Assembly: GCA_041174145.1 (NCBI GenBank)
Contig: JBEDHL010000186.1
Span: 596 to 64,595 of the forward strand
Origin: Pseudomonadota bacterium
GTDB lineage: Bacteria; Pseudomonadota; Alphaproteobacteria; Acetobacterales; Acetobacteraceae
Direction: 5' to 3'
DNA: 64,000 bases
This document shows positions 1 to 10,132 of the stretch, piece after piece (positions within the stretch are counted from its first letter, which is position 1; each line of letters opens with the position of its first letter). Position numbers and translations under genes: made by a program. The notes beneath the pieces are model-generated. The model was not told where the DNA came from. It saw nothing but the letters and a program-made list of their open reading frames with translations, and did not search any database.

Positions 1-302
1 CCAAGCTGGTGCGGACTTTTACCGATAGGCACGGGCTTAAGGATTTGTGCCGCGAATTGCTCGGCGTTGATCTTTCCAAGCAGCAGCAGACCTCGGATTG
101 GGGCGCGGCGGAACTCTCGCCCGAACAATTATCTTATGCGGCGTCCGATGTGCTGCATCTCCATGCGCTCTGGGCCAAGCTGGAAGGCCTGCTGAAGCGC
201 GAAGGCCGGCTTGACCTGGCCGAGGCCTGCTTCCGCTTCCTGCCGGCGCGCGGGCGGCTTGATCTGCTCGGCTATGAAGACCCGGATATTTTCCAGCATT
301 AG
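1..302 (+). CDS. RNase D-like 3'-5' exonuclease, C-terminal fragment (5' end outside window)
   Basis: The reading frame of ORF 9..302 is open to the window edge. The tail contains a YAASDVLHL exonuclease motif III typical of DEDDy RNase D-type enzymes. Confidence 0.6.
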   Translation, partial: KLVRTFTDRHGLKDLCRELLGVDLSKQQQTSDWGAAELSPEQLSYAASDVLHLHALWAKLEGLLKREGRLDLAEACFRFLPARGRLDLLGYEDPDIFQH

Positions 303-359
303 TGCCTGCCCCAAGTCGCCAAGTGTTTTCTCTTGGCTTGACCATGTCCCGAACGCCAC

Positions 360-1415
360 TTGGCATTTTTTTTGCAGGGCCAAGCCCGGAATTTGTTGAC
401 CCTTGAGGTCCGCCGCCTCATACAAGGTGGCGTGAATACCCTTGCTCCCCACCCAGGCCTTACCGAAGCCCGCCGCGTGCTGGCGCTGGAAGCGGATGCG
501 CTACGCGCGCTTTCTGACACTTTGGATGATGGCTTTGTGCGCGCTGTCGGCTTGCTGGCAGGTGTGACAGGGCGGGTTGTTGTCTCCGGCATGGGGAAAT
601 CGGGCCATGTGGCGCGCAAGATTGCCGCGACCATGGCTTCCACCGGCACGCCGGCGCTGTTTGTGCATCCGGCCGAAGCCTCCCACGGGGATTTGGGAAT
701 GATCCTGGCGGGCGATGCGGTGCTAGCGCTGTCCAATTCCGGGGAAACGCCGGAATTGGCGGATTTGATCGCGCATTCGCGCCGTTTCAGCCTCCCATTG
801 ATTGGCATTATCGGCCGCGCCGAAAGCACTTTGGCGCGCGCGGCTGATGTAGCGCTGGTGTTGCCGGCCGCGCCTGAAGCCTGCCCGATGGGCCTTGCCC
901 CCACCACCTCCACCACCATGCAAATGGCGCTGGGGGATGCTTTGGCGGTGGCGTTGCTCACGCGGCGGGGGTTCACGGCTTCGGATTTTCGGGTGTTCCA
1001 CCCAGGCGGCAAATTGGGCGCGCGGTTGTCGCGCGTGCGGGATTTGATGCATGGCGCGGCGGAATTGCCGCTGGCGCCGCCTGATATGCCAATGGAAGCC
1101 GCGATTTTGGCGATGACCGCGCGGCGCTTCGGCTGCCTTGGCGTGGTGGGCACGGATGGCGCTTTGGCCGGCGTGATCACGGATGGCGATTTGCGCCGCG
1201 CGCTGGAAGCCTCGGGCGGGGCCGCGCTGCTGTCTCGCCCAGCGGGTGAGGTCATGACGCGTAATCCCCTTGCCATCGGCGGCGATATGCTGGCGGCGGA
1301 AGCGCTTGGGGTCATGAACAAGCACGCCATCACGGCGCTTTTCGTGGTGGATGAAGCGCGAAAGCCCATGGGCATTCTGCATATCCATGATTTGTTGCGC
1401 GCCGGTGTTGCGTGA
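360..1415 (+). CDS. kdsD: arabinose-5-phosphate isomerase (KpsF/GutQ family; SIS + CBS domains)
   Basis: SIS motif GMGKSGHVARKIAATMASTGTPALFVHPAEASHGDLGM followed by a CBS-pair C-terminus. It lies directly upstream of lptC-lptA-lptB. The true start may be downstream of the ATG at 360. Confidence 0.85.
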   Translation: MAFFLQGQARNLLTLEVRRLIQGGVNTLAPHPGLTEARRVLALEADALRALSDTLDDGFVRAVGLLAGVTGRVVVSGMGKSGHVARKIAATMASTGTPALFVHPAEASHGDLGMILAGDAVLALSNSGETPELADLIAHSRRFSLPLIGIIGRAESTLARAADVALVLPAAPEACPMGLAPTTSTTMQMALGDALAVALLTRRGFTASDFRVFHPGGKLGARLSRVRDLMHGAAELPLAPPDMPMEAAILAMTARRFGCLGVVGTDGALAGVITDGDLRRALEASGGAALLSRPAGEVMTRNPLAIGGDMLAAEALGVMNKHAITALFVVDEARKPMGILHIHDLLRAGVA

Positions 1416-2095
1416 AGAATCGCGCGCCTGATGCCGTGAATATCGCAACCGCGCCCCGCGCGGCGCGGCGCATCACCACACCGTCGCGCGAACGCTGGTC
1501 CCCTTCTGCGGCGCAGATGGCGCGGCGGCGGTTTGTGGTTGCGGCCTTGAAATGGTTGATCCCTGGCGCTGGCTTGGCGCTGCTACTGGCCATTGCCATT
1601 TGGCCGGAATTCGAAGGCATGGAAGAACGCGCCCGCGTTTCCTTCCGCCGGGTGACGCAAACTGCGCCGGAAGCGGTGCGCGTGGTCGCACCACGCTATC
1701 AAGGCGTTGATGAACAGAACCGGCCCTATACCGTGACCGCCGCCATTGCCCGGCAAGGGCAAGATCAGGATATTCTGGATCTTGAAGCACCACGCGCGGA
1801 TTTAACGCTGAATGATGGCTGGGTGCTGATGGAATCGCGCGAAGGGCGTTTGTTCAAGGCACGCAACCATCTTGATCTGCGCGGCGAAGTGACGCTGTGG
1901 CATGATGGCGGCAATCTGCTGGTGACTGAAGAAGCCGCGATTGAATTGAAGGAAGGTGCCGCTTCCGGTGATAAGCCCGTCGCCGCGCAAGGCCCCTTCG
2001 GCACCTTGGTGAGTGAAGGTTTCCGCCTTTATGAAAAAGGCGCGGTGGTGATTTTCACCGGCCAATCGCGCGCCATGCTGGAAGGCCGGCAATGA
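1412..2095 (+). CDS. lptC: LPS export system protein LptC
   Basis: Single N-terminal TM helix (FVVAALKWLIPGAGLALLLAIAIW) followed by a periplasmic domain. It sits between kdsD and lptA. The GTG at 1412 overlaps the kdsD stop; ATG at 1517 is an alternative start. Confidence 0.7.
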   Translation: MKNRAPDAVNIATAPRAARRITTPSRERWSPSAAQMARRRFVVAALKWLIPGAGLALLLAIAIWPEFEGMEERARVSFRRVTQTAPEAVRVVAPRYQGVDEQNRPYTVTAAIARQGQDQDILDLEAPRADLTLNDGWVLMESREGRLFKARNHLDLRGEVTLWHDGGNLLVTEEAAIELKEGAASGDKPVAAQGPFGTLVSEGFRLYEKGAVVIFTGQSRAMLEGRQ

Positions 2096-3000
2096 AGCGG
2101 CGTCTTGCATTGGCGCTTTGCCTGTTGGCGGGTGTGGCCTTCGCGCAAAGCATGGACCTCAATCAAGGTGGGCCCATTGAAGTCACGGCGCGTGATGGCA
2201 TTGAATGGCGCCAGCAGGAACAATTGGTGATTGCACGCGGCGCGGCGCGGGCGGTGCGCGGTGGTGTCACGATTGATGCGGATATGCTGGTCGCGCGCTA
2301 TCGCCCACGCGGCGGCGCGCCAGTCGAACCGCGCCTTGGCAGCGAAGGCCCCGGTGGCGCCAGCGAAATTTGGCGCCTGGAAGCCGAAGGAAATGTGGTG
2401 ATCACCACCGCAACCGATCGCGCCGAAGGTGAGCGTGCGATTTACGATATGGATCAGGCGGTAATGGTGCTGACAGGGCGTAACCTGCGCCTGACCTCGC
2501 CGGATAATGTGCTGACGGCGCGCGATAGCGTGGAATATTGGCCGCAACGCCGCATGGCGGTCGCACGGGGTGATGCGGTTGTGGTCACCAAGGATGACAA
2601 GCGCGTGCGCGCCGATGTGCTGGTCGCTTATTTCAAGGAAGCGCCCACAGAAGCAGCAGCGGCACCGCGCCCACAAGCCGCGCGCCCTGGTGCTGAAGCA
2701 ACACCCGGTTCCAGCAGCAATCTGGAAAAGGTGGAAGCCTATGGCCGGGTTGAAATCCGCACGCCGGAAGAAGTCGTGCGCGGGGATAGCGGCGTCTATA
2801 CGCCGCCCAATGGGCTGGCGCGGCTTTTGGGTGATGTGCGGATTGTGCGTGGCGATAATACGCTGACCGGGCGCGAAGCGATTGTGAATATGCAAACCGG
2901 CATTTCGCGCCTGGTGGCAAGCCCAGGGGAACGTGTGCGCGGCTTGGTGGTGCCACAACAAGGCCAAAGCCTGCCCACACCAGGGGCACCCGCACGATGA
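2092..3000 (+). CDS. lptA: LPS transport periplasmic protein LptA (OstA family)
   Basis: Signal peptide [19 protein letters not shown] and an OstA-like body. ATGA overlaps link it to lptC and lptB. Confidence 0.8.
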   Translation: MKRRLALALCLLAGVAFAQSMDLNQGGPIEVTARDGIEWRQQEQLVIARGAARAVRGGVTIDADMLVARYRPRGGAPVEPRLGSEGPGGASEIWRLEAEGNVVITTATDRAEGERAIYDMDQAVMVLTGRNLRLTSPDNVLTARDSVEYWPQRRMAVARGDAVVVTKDDKRVRADVLVAYFKEAPTEAAAAPRPQAARPGAEATPGSSSNLEKVEAYGRVEIRTPEEVVRGDSGVYTPPNGLARLLGDVRIVRGDNTLTGREAIVNMQTGISRLVASPGERVRGLVVPQQGQSLPTPGAPAR

Positions 3001-3755
3001 CTGAAAAAACGACCATGAAAATCGTGCCGGGAAGTGGCGGGCTGCATGCCACTGGGCTTGGCAAGCGCTACAAGAAGCGGCCCGTGGTGCGCAATGTGTC
3101 GATTTCCCTGCAACGTGGCGAAGCGGTCGGTCTGCTCGGTCCGAATGGTGCGGGCAAGACCACCACTTTCTACATGATCACCGGTCTGGTGCAGCCCGAT
3201 GAAGGGCGCGTGATGATGGATGGGCATGATGTCACCATGCTGCCCATGTATCGCCGCGCACGGCTCGGGCTTGGCTATTTGCCGCAGGAAGCCAGCATTT
3301 TTCGTGGCCTGACGGTAGAACAGAATATCCGCGCTGCCCTGGAAGTCGTGGAACCGGAACGCGACCGGCGCGAAGAAATGCTGGATGAATTGCTGGCTGA
3401 ATTCGGCATTGCACATTTGCGCCGCGCCCCCGCGCTGGCACTTTCGGGCGGTGAACGCCGGCGCTGCGAAATTGCCCGCGCGCTGGCGACCCACCCTTCC
3501 TATATTCTGCTTGATGAACCGCTGGCCGGGATTGACCCGATCGCGGTTGGCGAAATTCGTGATCTGGTCAAGCATTTGAAGGATCGCGGCATTGGTGTGC
3601 TGATCACCGACCATAATGTGCGCGAAACGCTGGAAATCATCGACCGCGCCTATATCCTGCATGATGGCAAGGTGCTGATGGAAGGCAATCCGCAGGAAAT
3701 CGTGGCGAATGAAGATGTCCGCCGCGTCTATCTTGGCGAAAAATTCAGCCTATAG
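2997..3755 (+). CDS. lptB: LPS export ABC transporter ATP-binding protein LptB
   Basis: Walker [10 protein letters not shown], signature LSGGERRR and Walker B ILLDEP. The conserved lptB-rpoN linkage is present. Confidence 0.92.
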   Translation: MTEKTTMKIVPGSGGLHATGLGKRYKKRPVVRNVSISLQRGEAVGLLGPNGAGKTTTFYMITGLVQPDEGRVMMDGHDVTMLPMYRRARLGLGYLPQEASIFRGLTVEQNIRAALEVVEPERDRREEMLDELLAEFGIAHLRRAPALALSGGERRRCEIARALATHPSYILLDEPLAGIDPIAVGEIRDLVKHLKDRGIGVLITDHNVRETLEIIDRAYILHDGKVLMEGNPQEIVANEDVRRVYLGEKFSL

Positions 3756-3816
3756 CCGGAAACTGGCGCCGCATGGTCTCCGCCTTTTCCCGCACCACTG
3801 AAACTGAGCAAGGCTG

Positions 3817-5292
3817 ATGGCACTCGGCCCGCGTCTCGATCTCCGGCAATCGCAGCACTTGGTGATGACACCGCAGCTGCGCCAGGCGATCAAGCTGCTG
3901 CAATCTTCCAATCTGGAAGTCTCTGCCTTCATTGAAGAAGAACTTGAACGCAACCCGCTGCTGGAACGCGACGAACGCCCGCTGCCTGGCCCGGATGCCG
4001 GGCGCAGCACGGACCCTTTGCCAGCGACATCCGAACCCGCCGATGCCGCCAGCGCCGCCGCTTCTGATGCGCTGCCTTCCGAAAATGCCGCGCCGTTGGA
4101 TGCCGAATGGGATAATGTTTACGATAACGGCCTGCCGCCGATCGGCCGCGGTGGCAATCGCGATTTCGATGATGATCTTTCCGGCATCGAAGCCATGGAA
4201 GCGCCGGAACGCTCCTTGCGCGATCATCTCGCGGAACAGATACGGCTGAATTTTACCTCACCTCAGGAACGGCTGATCGCCGGCAATCTGCTCGCACTGG
4301 TGGACCCAGCCGGGCGGCTGCATGTGCGCGCGCAGATGATTGCCAATGCGCTGGGGTGCGAGGAAGCGCTGGTGGAACGCGTGCGCCTTGCCATGGCGCG
4401 CTTCGATCCCGTTGGCATGTTCTGCCATGATTTGGCGGAATGCCTTGCGGTACAGCTACAGGATCGCAATCGCTATGACCCGGCCATGGCCGCGCTGCTC
4501 GCTAATCTGGAATTGCTCGCCAAGCGTGATCTGAAAGGCTTGCAGCAGATTTGCGGCGTGGATGCCGAAGACATGGCGGAAATGGTCGCTGAGCTTCGGC
4601 GGCTAAACCCCAAGCCCGGCGCTTCCTTCGATGCGCCGCCCGCGCCAACCCTGGTGCCGGATGTGCTGATGCGACGCGGGCCGAATGATGATTGGATTGT
4701 GGAACTTAATCTGGAAACCCTGCCGCGCGTCTTGGTGAATAAGGGTTTCTTCGCGTCCGCCAATGTCAGCGCGCGCGGTAAGGAAGACAAAACCTGGATC
4801 GCGGAACGCTTCCAAACCGCGTCATGGTTGGTGAAGTCGCTGGAACAGCGCGCCAATACCATCCTGAAAGTAGCTGCCGAGATTGTGCGCCGCCAGGATG
4901 GGTTTTTCCGCCACGGCGTGGGGCATTTGCGCCCGCTGATCCTGCGCGATGTGGCCGATGAGGTTTCGCTGCATGAAAGCACCGTGTCCCGCGTGACATC
5001 CAACAAGGCTATCGCCACACCGCGCGGGACTTTTGAGCTTAAGTACTTCTTCACCACCGCCATTTCCGGCACGCGCGGCGGGGAAGCGCATAGTGCGGAA
5101 GCCGTGCGTTACCGCATCAAGGCCATGGTAGATTCCGAAAGCCCGGATGACATTCTTTCTGATGATACGATTGTGGCCCGGCTGCGCGAAGAAGGCGTGG
5201 ACATTGCCCGGCGAACTGTGGCCAAATACCGGGACGCGCTGCGCATTCCATCATCCGTGCAGCGCAAACGGGAGAAGGCCGCCTCGGCCTGA
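3817..5292 (+). CDS. rpoN: RNA polymerase sigma-54 factor
   Basis: Region I (LRQSQHLVMTPQLRQAIKLLQ), a central acidic/Pro-rich linker, and a C-terminal HTH with RpoN box ARRTVAKYR. Confidence 0.96.
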   Translation: MALGPRLDLRQSQHLVMTPQLRQAIKLLQSSNLEVSAFIEEELERNPLLERDERPLPGPDAGRSTDPLPATSEPADAASAAASDALPSENAAPLDAEWDNVYDNGLPPIGRGGNRDFDDDLSGIEAMEAPERSLRDHLAEQIRLNFTSPQERLIAGNLLALVDPAGRLHVRAQMIANALGCEEALVERVRLAMARFDPVGMFCHDLAECLAVQLQDRNRYDPAMAALLANLELLAKRDLKGLQQICGVDAEDMAEMVAELRRLNPKPGASFDAPPAPTLVPDVLMRRGPNDDWIVELNLETLPRVLVNKGFFASANVSARGKEDKTWIAERFQTASWLVKSLEQRANTILKVAAEIVRRQDGFFRHGVGHLRPLILRDVADEVSLHESTVSRVTSNKAIATPRGTFELKYFFTTAISGTRGGEAHSAEAVRYRIKAMVDSESPDDILSDDTIVARLREEGVDIARRTVAKYRDALRIPSSVQRKREKAASA

Positions 5293-5390
5293 TCCGGACA
5301 CAAGGGCGACCCTGGGAGGAAGGCAGGGGTCGCGCGCCCGGTCGCCGTGGGGCGGCCCCTCCGCTTTGCAGAAAGGGAGGGCATAGGCCC

Positions 5391-5975
5391 ATGCATATCA
5401 CGGTAGCCGGCAAACAGGTTGAAACCGGAGAAGCGCTGAAGACCCATGTGAGTGACGGGCTGGCGGCGATTACCGCCAAGTATTTCGACCATGCGCTTGA
5501 AGCCAATGTGACCTTCCACAAGCATCGAAGCCAGTTCAGTTGTGACATCAATCTGAAGGCCGGGCGCGGGTTGATGATGCGCGCCGAAGGCGAAGGTGCT
5601 GATGCGCATCGCGCTTTTGAAGTTGCCGCCGAGCATCTTGGGAAGCGCCTGCGCCGCTATCGCCGCCGTGTGAATGAACATGCGCGGTCCTTCGCGGGAG
5701 ATCGCGAAGCTGCGGCGGAAGAAGCGCCGCGCGGCCGGCGTTATGTGATTGAAGCCCCGGCGGATGAGGAAGCGCCAGAACAAGGCGATCACGGCGCCAT
5801 TATTGCCGAACACCCGGCGCATATTGAAAAGCTGAGTGTGGGTGAAGCCGTGATGCGGCTGGATTTGGCGCAGGCCCAAGCCCTTATGTTTCGCAACAAG
5901 AAGGGCGGTGGGCTGAATGTGGTGTATCGCCGCGCCGATGGGCATATCGGCTGGATTGATCCGGGGGAGGGGTGA
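5391..5975 (+). CDS. hpf: ribosome hibernation promoting factor (long form)
   Basis: YfiA/S30AE N-domain (MHITVAGKQVETGEALKTHV) plus a C-terminal dimerisation domain (MFRNKKGGGLNVVYRRADGHIGWIDP). It lies immediately downstream of rpoN. Confidence 0.9.
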   Translation: MHITVAGKQVETGEALKTHVSDGLAAITAKYFDHALEANVTFHKHRSQFSCDINLKAGRGLMMRAEGEGADAHRAFEVAAEHLGKRLRRYRRRVNEHARSFAGDREAAAEEAPRGRRYVIEAPADEEAPEQGDHGAIIAEHPAHIEKLSVGEAVMRLDLAQAQALMFRNKKGGGLNVVYRRADGHIGWIDPGEG

Positions 5976-6096
5976 AGCGCCGCTACACGTGACAGGCTCT
6001 TTACCGGAATAGAAATTTAAGTCTGCGCCCCTACCGGATATTTCGTCTTGAAGGCGAAAATCCCGTAGAGGCTTCAGTTACGCTCCGAGTGGGAAA

Positions 6097-6402
6097 TTAG
6101 CGCCTACCATAGCCGTAAGAATTTGATGGTGGCGCACGGTAAGGATTAGCGTAGGGATTTGACGGCGCGTAACTTGGCGGACGATAAGGATCCACTGTCC
6201 CGCGCTGCCCGGTATAGGGATTCACATTTGGTTGGGACGACCAATTGTTATACCGGTTGCCATCAGGCGCTGACCGATAGTGTGGCGCGACATAAGTTCC
6301 GTCACGGCGCATATAGCCCGGCTGGTAAGTAGTGCCCTGCGCGGATACCTCCCCACCTAAAAGAAGTAGGCCAATCGCTGATACGAACGCTAAGCGCATC
6401 AT
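6097..6402 (-). CDS. small secreted Pro/Tyr/Asn-rich protein, function unknown
   Basis: Signal peptide MMRLAFVSAIGLLLLGGEVSAQ, then a low-complexity P/Y/N-rich mature part with a DGTYVAPHYRSAPDGNRYNNWS...NVNPYTGQRGT core. It lies in a visibly lower-GC stretch. Confidence 0.6.
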   Translation of the reverse strand: MMRLAFVSAIGLLLLGGEVSAQGTTYQPGYMRRDGTYVAPHYRSAPDGNRYNNWSSQPNVNPYTGQRGTVDPYRPPSYAPSNPYANPYRAPPSNSYGYGRR

Positions 6403-6549
6403 GCTAAACTCCCATTTCCTGAAAGAATGTGTCGCATATCGAAAGGTTAAATTCCAGCAACTTTTGGTTGTTGTTTGTGCGGCTGCGGATGGTTTCCGCG
6501 CCTTCTGGCATTTGCGGGAACGGCCTTACGCCTTAAAAGCGCAGTTACC

Positions 6550-7194
6550 ATGCCAGACATTGCGCAATTCTCCCTTTTTTTCGCAGCGGCTTTACTGCTC
6601 GCCATCACGCCCGGCCCTGGCATTTTCTATGTCGCGGCGCGCAGCCTGGCGGGCGGGCGGTCTGAGGGCATCGCCTCAAGCTTCGGCACGGCGCTTGGGG
6701 GCTTGGTGCATGTAGTGGCTGGGGCGCTGGGCGTTTCCGCCATTGTGCTGGCGAGTGCCGAGCTTTTCATGGCGCTGAAACTAGTGGGTGCGGCTTACCT
6801 GGTTTGGTTGGGTCTGCGAACCATCATGGATGCCCGGCGCAGTACGGGGCCTGATATGGCGGGCGGTGTCTCTGCCCCTGCTATGGGAACGCGCCGCGCC
6901 TTTCATGAAGGTGTGGTGGTGGAGGCGCTGAACCCCAAAACTGCGGCCTTCTTCCTGGCCTTTATCCCACAATTTCTCGACCCAAGCGCGGGCGCGGTGG
7001 CGCTGCCCTTTATTTTGCTCGGCTGTATTTCTGTCGCGCTGAATACCTTGGCAGATATTGTCGTCGCCATTGGCGCGAGCCGCCTTCGGGAGGGCGCTGC
7101 AACGCGGCCCGGCTTGATCAAGCGGCTCAGGGAAATTTCGGGTGCTTCAATGATTGCACTGGGCGCCGGGTTGGCGTTGGCGAAACGGCAGTAG
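6550..7194 (+). CDS. LysE/RhtB family amino-acid exporter
   Basis: Multi-TM protein beginning MPDIAQFSLFFAAALLLAITPGPG, the LysE-family N-terminal motif. The ATG at 6550 is preferred over the track start at 6475. Confidence 0.8.
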   Translation: MPDIAQFSLFFAAALLLAITPGPGIFYVAARSLAGGRSEGIASSFGTALGGLVHVVAGALGVSAIVLASAELFMALKLVGAAYLVWLGLRTIMDARRSTGPDMAGGVSAPAMGTRRAFHEGVVVEALNPKTAAFFLAFIPQFLDPSAGAVALPFILLGCISVALNTLADIVVAIGASRLREGAATRPGLIKRLREISGASMIALGAGLALAKRQ

Positions 7195-7200
7195 AACCGC

Positions 7201-7236
7201 GGGCGGCGCGCAAATGGTCAGCGCGCCGCCCCTTTT
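7201..7236 (+). terminator. intrinsic terminator downstream of the LysE-family gene
   Basis: Perfect 11-bp GC stem GGGCGGCGCGC / GCGCGCCGCCC with a 9-nt loop, followed by CTTTTGA. It lies between convergent lysE-family and uxaA-like genes. Confidence 0.7.
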
Positions 7237-7239
7237 GAA

Positions 7240-8427
7240 TCACGCGCTTTCGTAAAGCCGCGTCAGGCTGAATTCGCGGTGGCCGAGCAATTCAGCCGCG
7301 GTCAATTCGCCATCGGCGGTGCGGATGATGCAATCAAGCAAAGCTTCGCCCGCATCATCCATATTCATCTGCCGCTGCAATAGCCCTGTCACATCCACAT
7401 CAATATGTTCGGACATGGTGCGCTGGGTGCGCGGATTGGCGGTGAGCTTGATCACCGGCAGGATCGGGTTGCCGATGACATTGCCCTGCCCGGTCGGGAA
7501 GGTATGCACGGCAAAGCCCGAAGCGGCGCAAAGCGTCACCATCTCTGCGGCGGCGGAACTTGAATCCATGAACCACAAGCCGGAATGGGTCGGTTCTTCC
7601 GCCTTATCCAGCACGCCATCGACCAGACACTTCTTGCCGATCTTTTGGATGTTGCCGAGCGCCTTTTCTTCGATGGTGGTCAAGCCGCCTTCGATATTGC
7701 CCTTGGTGGGCTGGCTTTCGGAAAGATCATTCGTCTTGTTGGTTTCGACCACACGCTGGTAGCGATCAAACATCGCCTGGAATTGCGCGCGGATTTCTGG
7801 CGTGCGGCAACGCTCGGCGACCAGATGTTCGCCACCCGTCAATTCGGTGGTTTCACCGAAAACGAGTGTATTGCCGTTTTCCCAGAGCTTGTCGAAGGAA
7901 TTGCCAACCGTAGGGCAGGAGGCCAGGCCCGATGTGGTATCGCTTTCGCCGCATTTGGTGGAAACCCAAAGCTCCTGGATCGAAGCGCGGGTCTTCTTCA
8001 GGCGCGATGCGTGTTTCACCATGCGATAGGCCGCGCGGGATGCATTGGCGATGGTGTTAATATCGCCATTCTGTTCAATGGCGAAGCCTTCCACCGGCTT
8101 GCCGGATTTGGCGATGCCTTCAACAATCCGCCCGGTCCAGCCTGGTTCAATGCCAATCACCACCACACCGGCGACATTCGGGTTGGTGCCCGTGCCGATC
8201 AGCGTGCGGAAATGCAAATCAAGATCCGCGCCGAATTGCAGGCGGCCATAGGCATGCGGGATCGCGAGCGCGCCTTTGATGTTATTGGCCACCGCTTCGC
8301 AAGCGGCGTTGGACAAATCATCCACCGGCAGGATGATGACATGGTTGCGCACACCCATGCGGCCATTTTCGCGGCGCCAGCCTTCGAAGGCGGCGTTTTT
8401 CAGATTAATGCCCATGGCGCTTACCAC
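7240..8427 (-). CDS. UxaA family hydrolase/dehydratase, large (catalytic) subunit
   Basis: 395 aa resembling the C-terminal domain of altronate/galactarate dehydratases ([32 protein letters not shown]). It overlaps the upstream SAF-domain ORF by 7 nt. Confidence 0.75.
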   Translation of the reverse strand: MVSAMGINLKNAAFEGWRRENGRMGVRNHVIILPVDDLSNAACEAVANNIKGALAIPHAYGRLQFGADLDLHFRTLIGTGTNPNVAGVVVIGIEPGWTGRIVEGIAKSGKPVEGFAIEQNGDINTIANASRAAYRMVKHASRLKKTRASIQELWVSTKCGESDTTSGLASCPTVGNSFDKLWENGNTLVFGETTELTGGEHLVAERCRTPEIRAQFQAMFDRYQRVVETNKTNDLSESQPTKGNIEGGLTTIEEKALGNIQKIGKKCLVDGVLDKAEEPTHSGLWFMDSSSAAAEMVTLCAASGFAVHTFPTGQGNVIGNPILPVIKLTANPRTQRTMSEHIDVDVTGLLQRQMNMDDAGEALLDCIIRTADGELTAAELLGHREFSLTRLYESA

Positions 8428-8705
8428 CGCTTCGTTTTGACGTTGTGAACATGCAGATGTTCGCCGGCGGAAATGTCTTTCACTGCCTTGCCGATATCAA
8501 TGCCGTATTTGATGATGGTATCACCGGCGGCGATGGCGCGAATGGCAAGCTTATGCCCGATCGGGATATCCGACTTGGCATTGAAGGTGATCATCTTGTC
8601 CTGATCCATGATCCAGCCATTCAGCGCCTGGCCGGATTTGATCCCTTCAACAACAACGACGCCGACGGAATCGCCTTCGTCATGCACACAGAAATGCACG
8701 GTCAT
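8421..8705 (-). CDS. UxaA family small subunit (SAF domain)
   Basis: 94-aa protein matching the N-terminal SAF domain of UxaA/GarD-type dehydratases ([11 protein letters not shown] tail). It is translationally coupled to the large subunit. Confidence 0.7.
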   Translation of the reverse strand: MTVHFCVHDEGDSVGVVVVEGIKSGQALNGWIMDQDKMITFNAKSDIPIGHKLAIRAIAAGDTIIKYGIDIGKAVKDISAGEHLHVHNVKTKRW

Positions 8706-8776
8706 GCCGGCAAATCCTCCCTTTTGATCATGATGGATGGAAGCTAGGGCGCCGCCCCTTTTCGGTCAATCCGCGG

Positions 8777-9247
8777 CTAGATGGGCAGTGCCGTGGTGGA
8801 TTTCACGCATTCCATGGCAAAGCGGGAAGTGACCTTACGCAGGCTGGAAACCCGCGCAGTCAGCTTACGGTAGAAGCCATCAAAGGCAGTCATGTCTGAA
8901 ACAACCACGCGCAACAGGTAATCCACATCACCACCAAGCCGCCAGCATTCGACAATTTCCGGCATCTCCGCCACGGTTTTGGCGAAGCTTTCAATCCAAG
9001 CGGCGGAATGATCGCCGGTTTCAATGGCGACAAATACTGAAATACCAAGGCCGAGTTTTTCCGCATTTACCAGCGTGACGCGCCCGGTGATAACGCCTGC
9101 TTCCTCCATACGGCGGATGCGTTTCCAGCAAGGGGTTTGCGTGAGCCCAACCTCCTTCGCGATATCGCCAAGCGAAAGGGAAGCATCCGCCTGGATCAGA
9201 CGAAGAATGGCAAGGTCTGTCGGATCCAGATCATTGAGTTTCGCCAT
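8777..9247 (-). CDS. Lrp/AsnC family transcriptional regulator
   Basis: AsnC-type HTH (LDPTDLAILRLIQADASLSLGDIAKEVGLTQTPCWKRIRRMEEAGVI) plus a RAM/ligand domain. Confidence 0.9.
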   Translation of the reverse strand: MAKLNDLDPTDLAILRLIQADASLSLGDIAKEVGLTQTPCWKRIRRMEEAGVITGRVTLVNAEKLGLGISVFVAIETGDHSAAWIESFAKTVAEMPEIVECWRLGGDVDYLLRVVVSDMTAFDGFYRKLTARVSSLRKVTSRFAMECVKSTTALPI

Positions 9248-9277
9248 GGCGGGCTCCCTTCTGTGTGGCTCGGGCCA

Positions 9278-10132
9278 TTAATCTTCGGGCATCAGCAGGC
9301 GGATCAGACCATCAAGCTGATCCAGATCAGCATAGTTGATGGTAACCTGCCCGCCCTTGCCGAAATGCTTGATGGCAACATGCAAGCCGAGTTTTTCAAG
9401 CAGCCGGCGTTCCAGCGCGAGCGTATCGGAATCCTTGGCCGTGGTGCGGCGTGAATCCGGGTTTTTCGGTTGCGCCGCTGCCAAGGCTTCTGCCTGACGG
9501 ACGGAGAGACCGCGTGTGAGGATTTGTGAGGCGAGTTTTTCTGGCTCCTCCGCACCCAGCAAGGCGCGCGCATGGCCAGCGCTGAGCCGCCCGGCGCGGA
9601 GATGTTCGCGGATGGTGGCCGACAGATTGAGCAGGCGGAGCGTATTCGCGACATGGCTGCGTGATTTGCCAACCGCGCGCGCAAGCGCTTCCTGATTCAG
9701 GCCGAATTGTTCGATCAGGCGCGCAAAGCCCTCGGCCTCCTCAATCGCGTTCAGGTCCTCGCGCTGGAGGTTTTCAACCAGGCCCGCAGCCATCGCCATG
9801 CGATCATCGAAATCGCGAATAACGACCGGGACGTCATGCAATTTGGCAATTTGCGCGGCGCGCCAGCGGCGTTCCCCACCGATGATCTGGTAATGGCCGG
9901 CCGCACCTGGCTTCGGGCGCACCAGCAGGGGCTGCAGAATGCCGTGTTCCGTGATGGAGGCCGCGAGTTCCTGCAGCGCATCGCGGTCCGGTTCCATCCG
10001 CGGCTGGAACGGCCCTGGTTCAATCACCGCGATTGGCAGGCTGCGCGGCGGGCCAGCCGCTGGTGCGCTGGGGGCAGGTGCGTCGCCCATCAGGGCTGAA
10101 AGCCCCATGCCAAGGCGGGCCGGCTTCTTCAT
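9278..10132 (-). CDS. parB: chromosome partitioning protein ParB
   Basis: N-terminal RLGMGLSALMG and ParB box IIGGERRWRAA, followed by an HTH and dimerisation domain. ATG at 10132 forms an ATGA overlap with the parA stop and is preferred over the track start at 10171. Confidence 0.95.
   Translation of the reverse strand: MKKPARLGMGLSALMGDAPAPSAPAAGPPRSLPIAVIEPGPFQPRMEPDRDALQELAASITEHGILQPLLVRPKPGAAGHYQIIGGERRWRAAQIAKLHDVPVVIRDFDDRMAMAAGLVENLQREDLNAIEEAEGFARLIEQFGLNQEALARAVGKSRSHVANTLRLLNLSATIREHLRAGRLSAGHARALLGAEEPEKLASQILTRGLSVRQAEALAAAQPKNPDSRRTTAKDSDTLALERRLLEKLGLHVAIKHFGKGGQVTINYADLDQLDGLIRLLMPED

Noticed and set aside
299-1375. 358-aa minus-strand ORF covering the kdsD locus
   Set aside because: It is an antisense shadow of a gene with clear SIS/CBS motifs. 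The translation is Ala/Arg/Ser/Pro-rich low complexity with no recognisable domain, typical of GC-rich DNA.
5981-5996. CACGTG core after hpf (CGCTACACGTGACAGG), plus other CACGTG cores near 16571, 21481, 37339, 41841, 45899 and 31486, as possible extra parS sites
   Set aside because: The flanks do not match the GTTTCACGTGAAAC arms; there are five or more mismatches to the 16-mer consensus.
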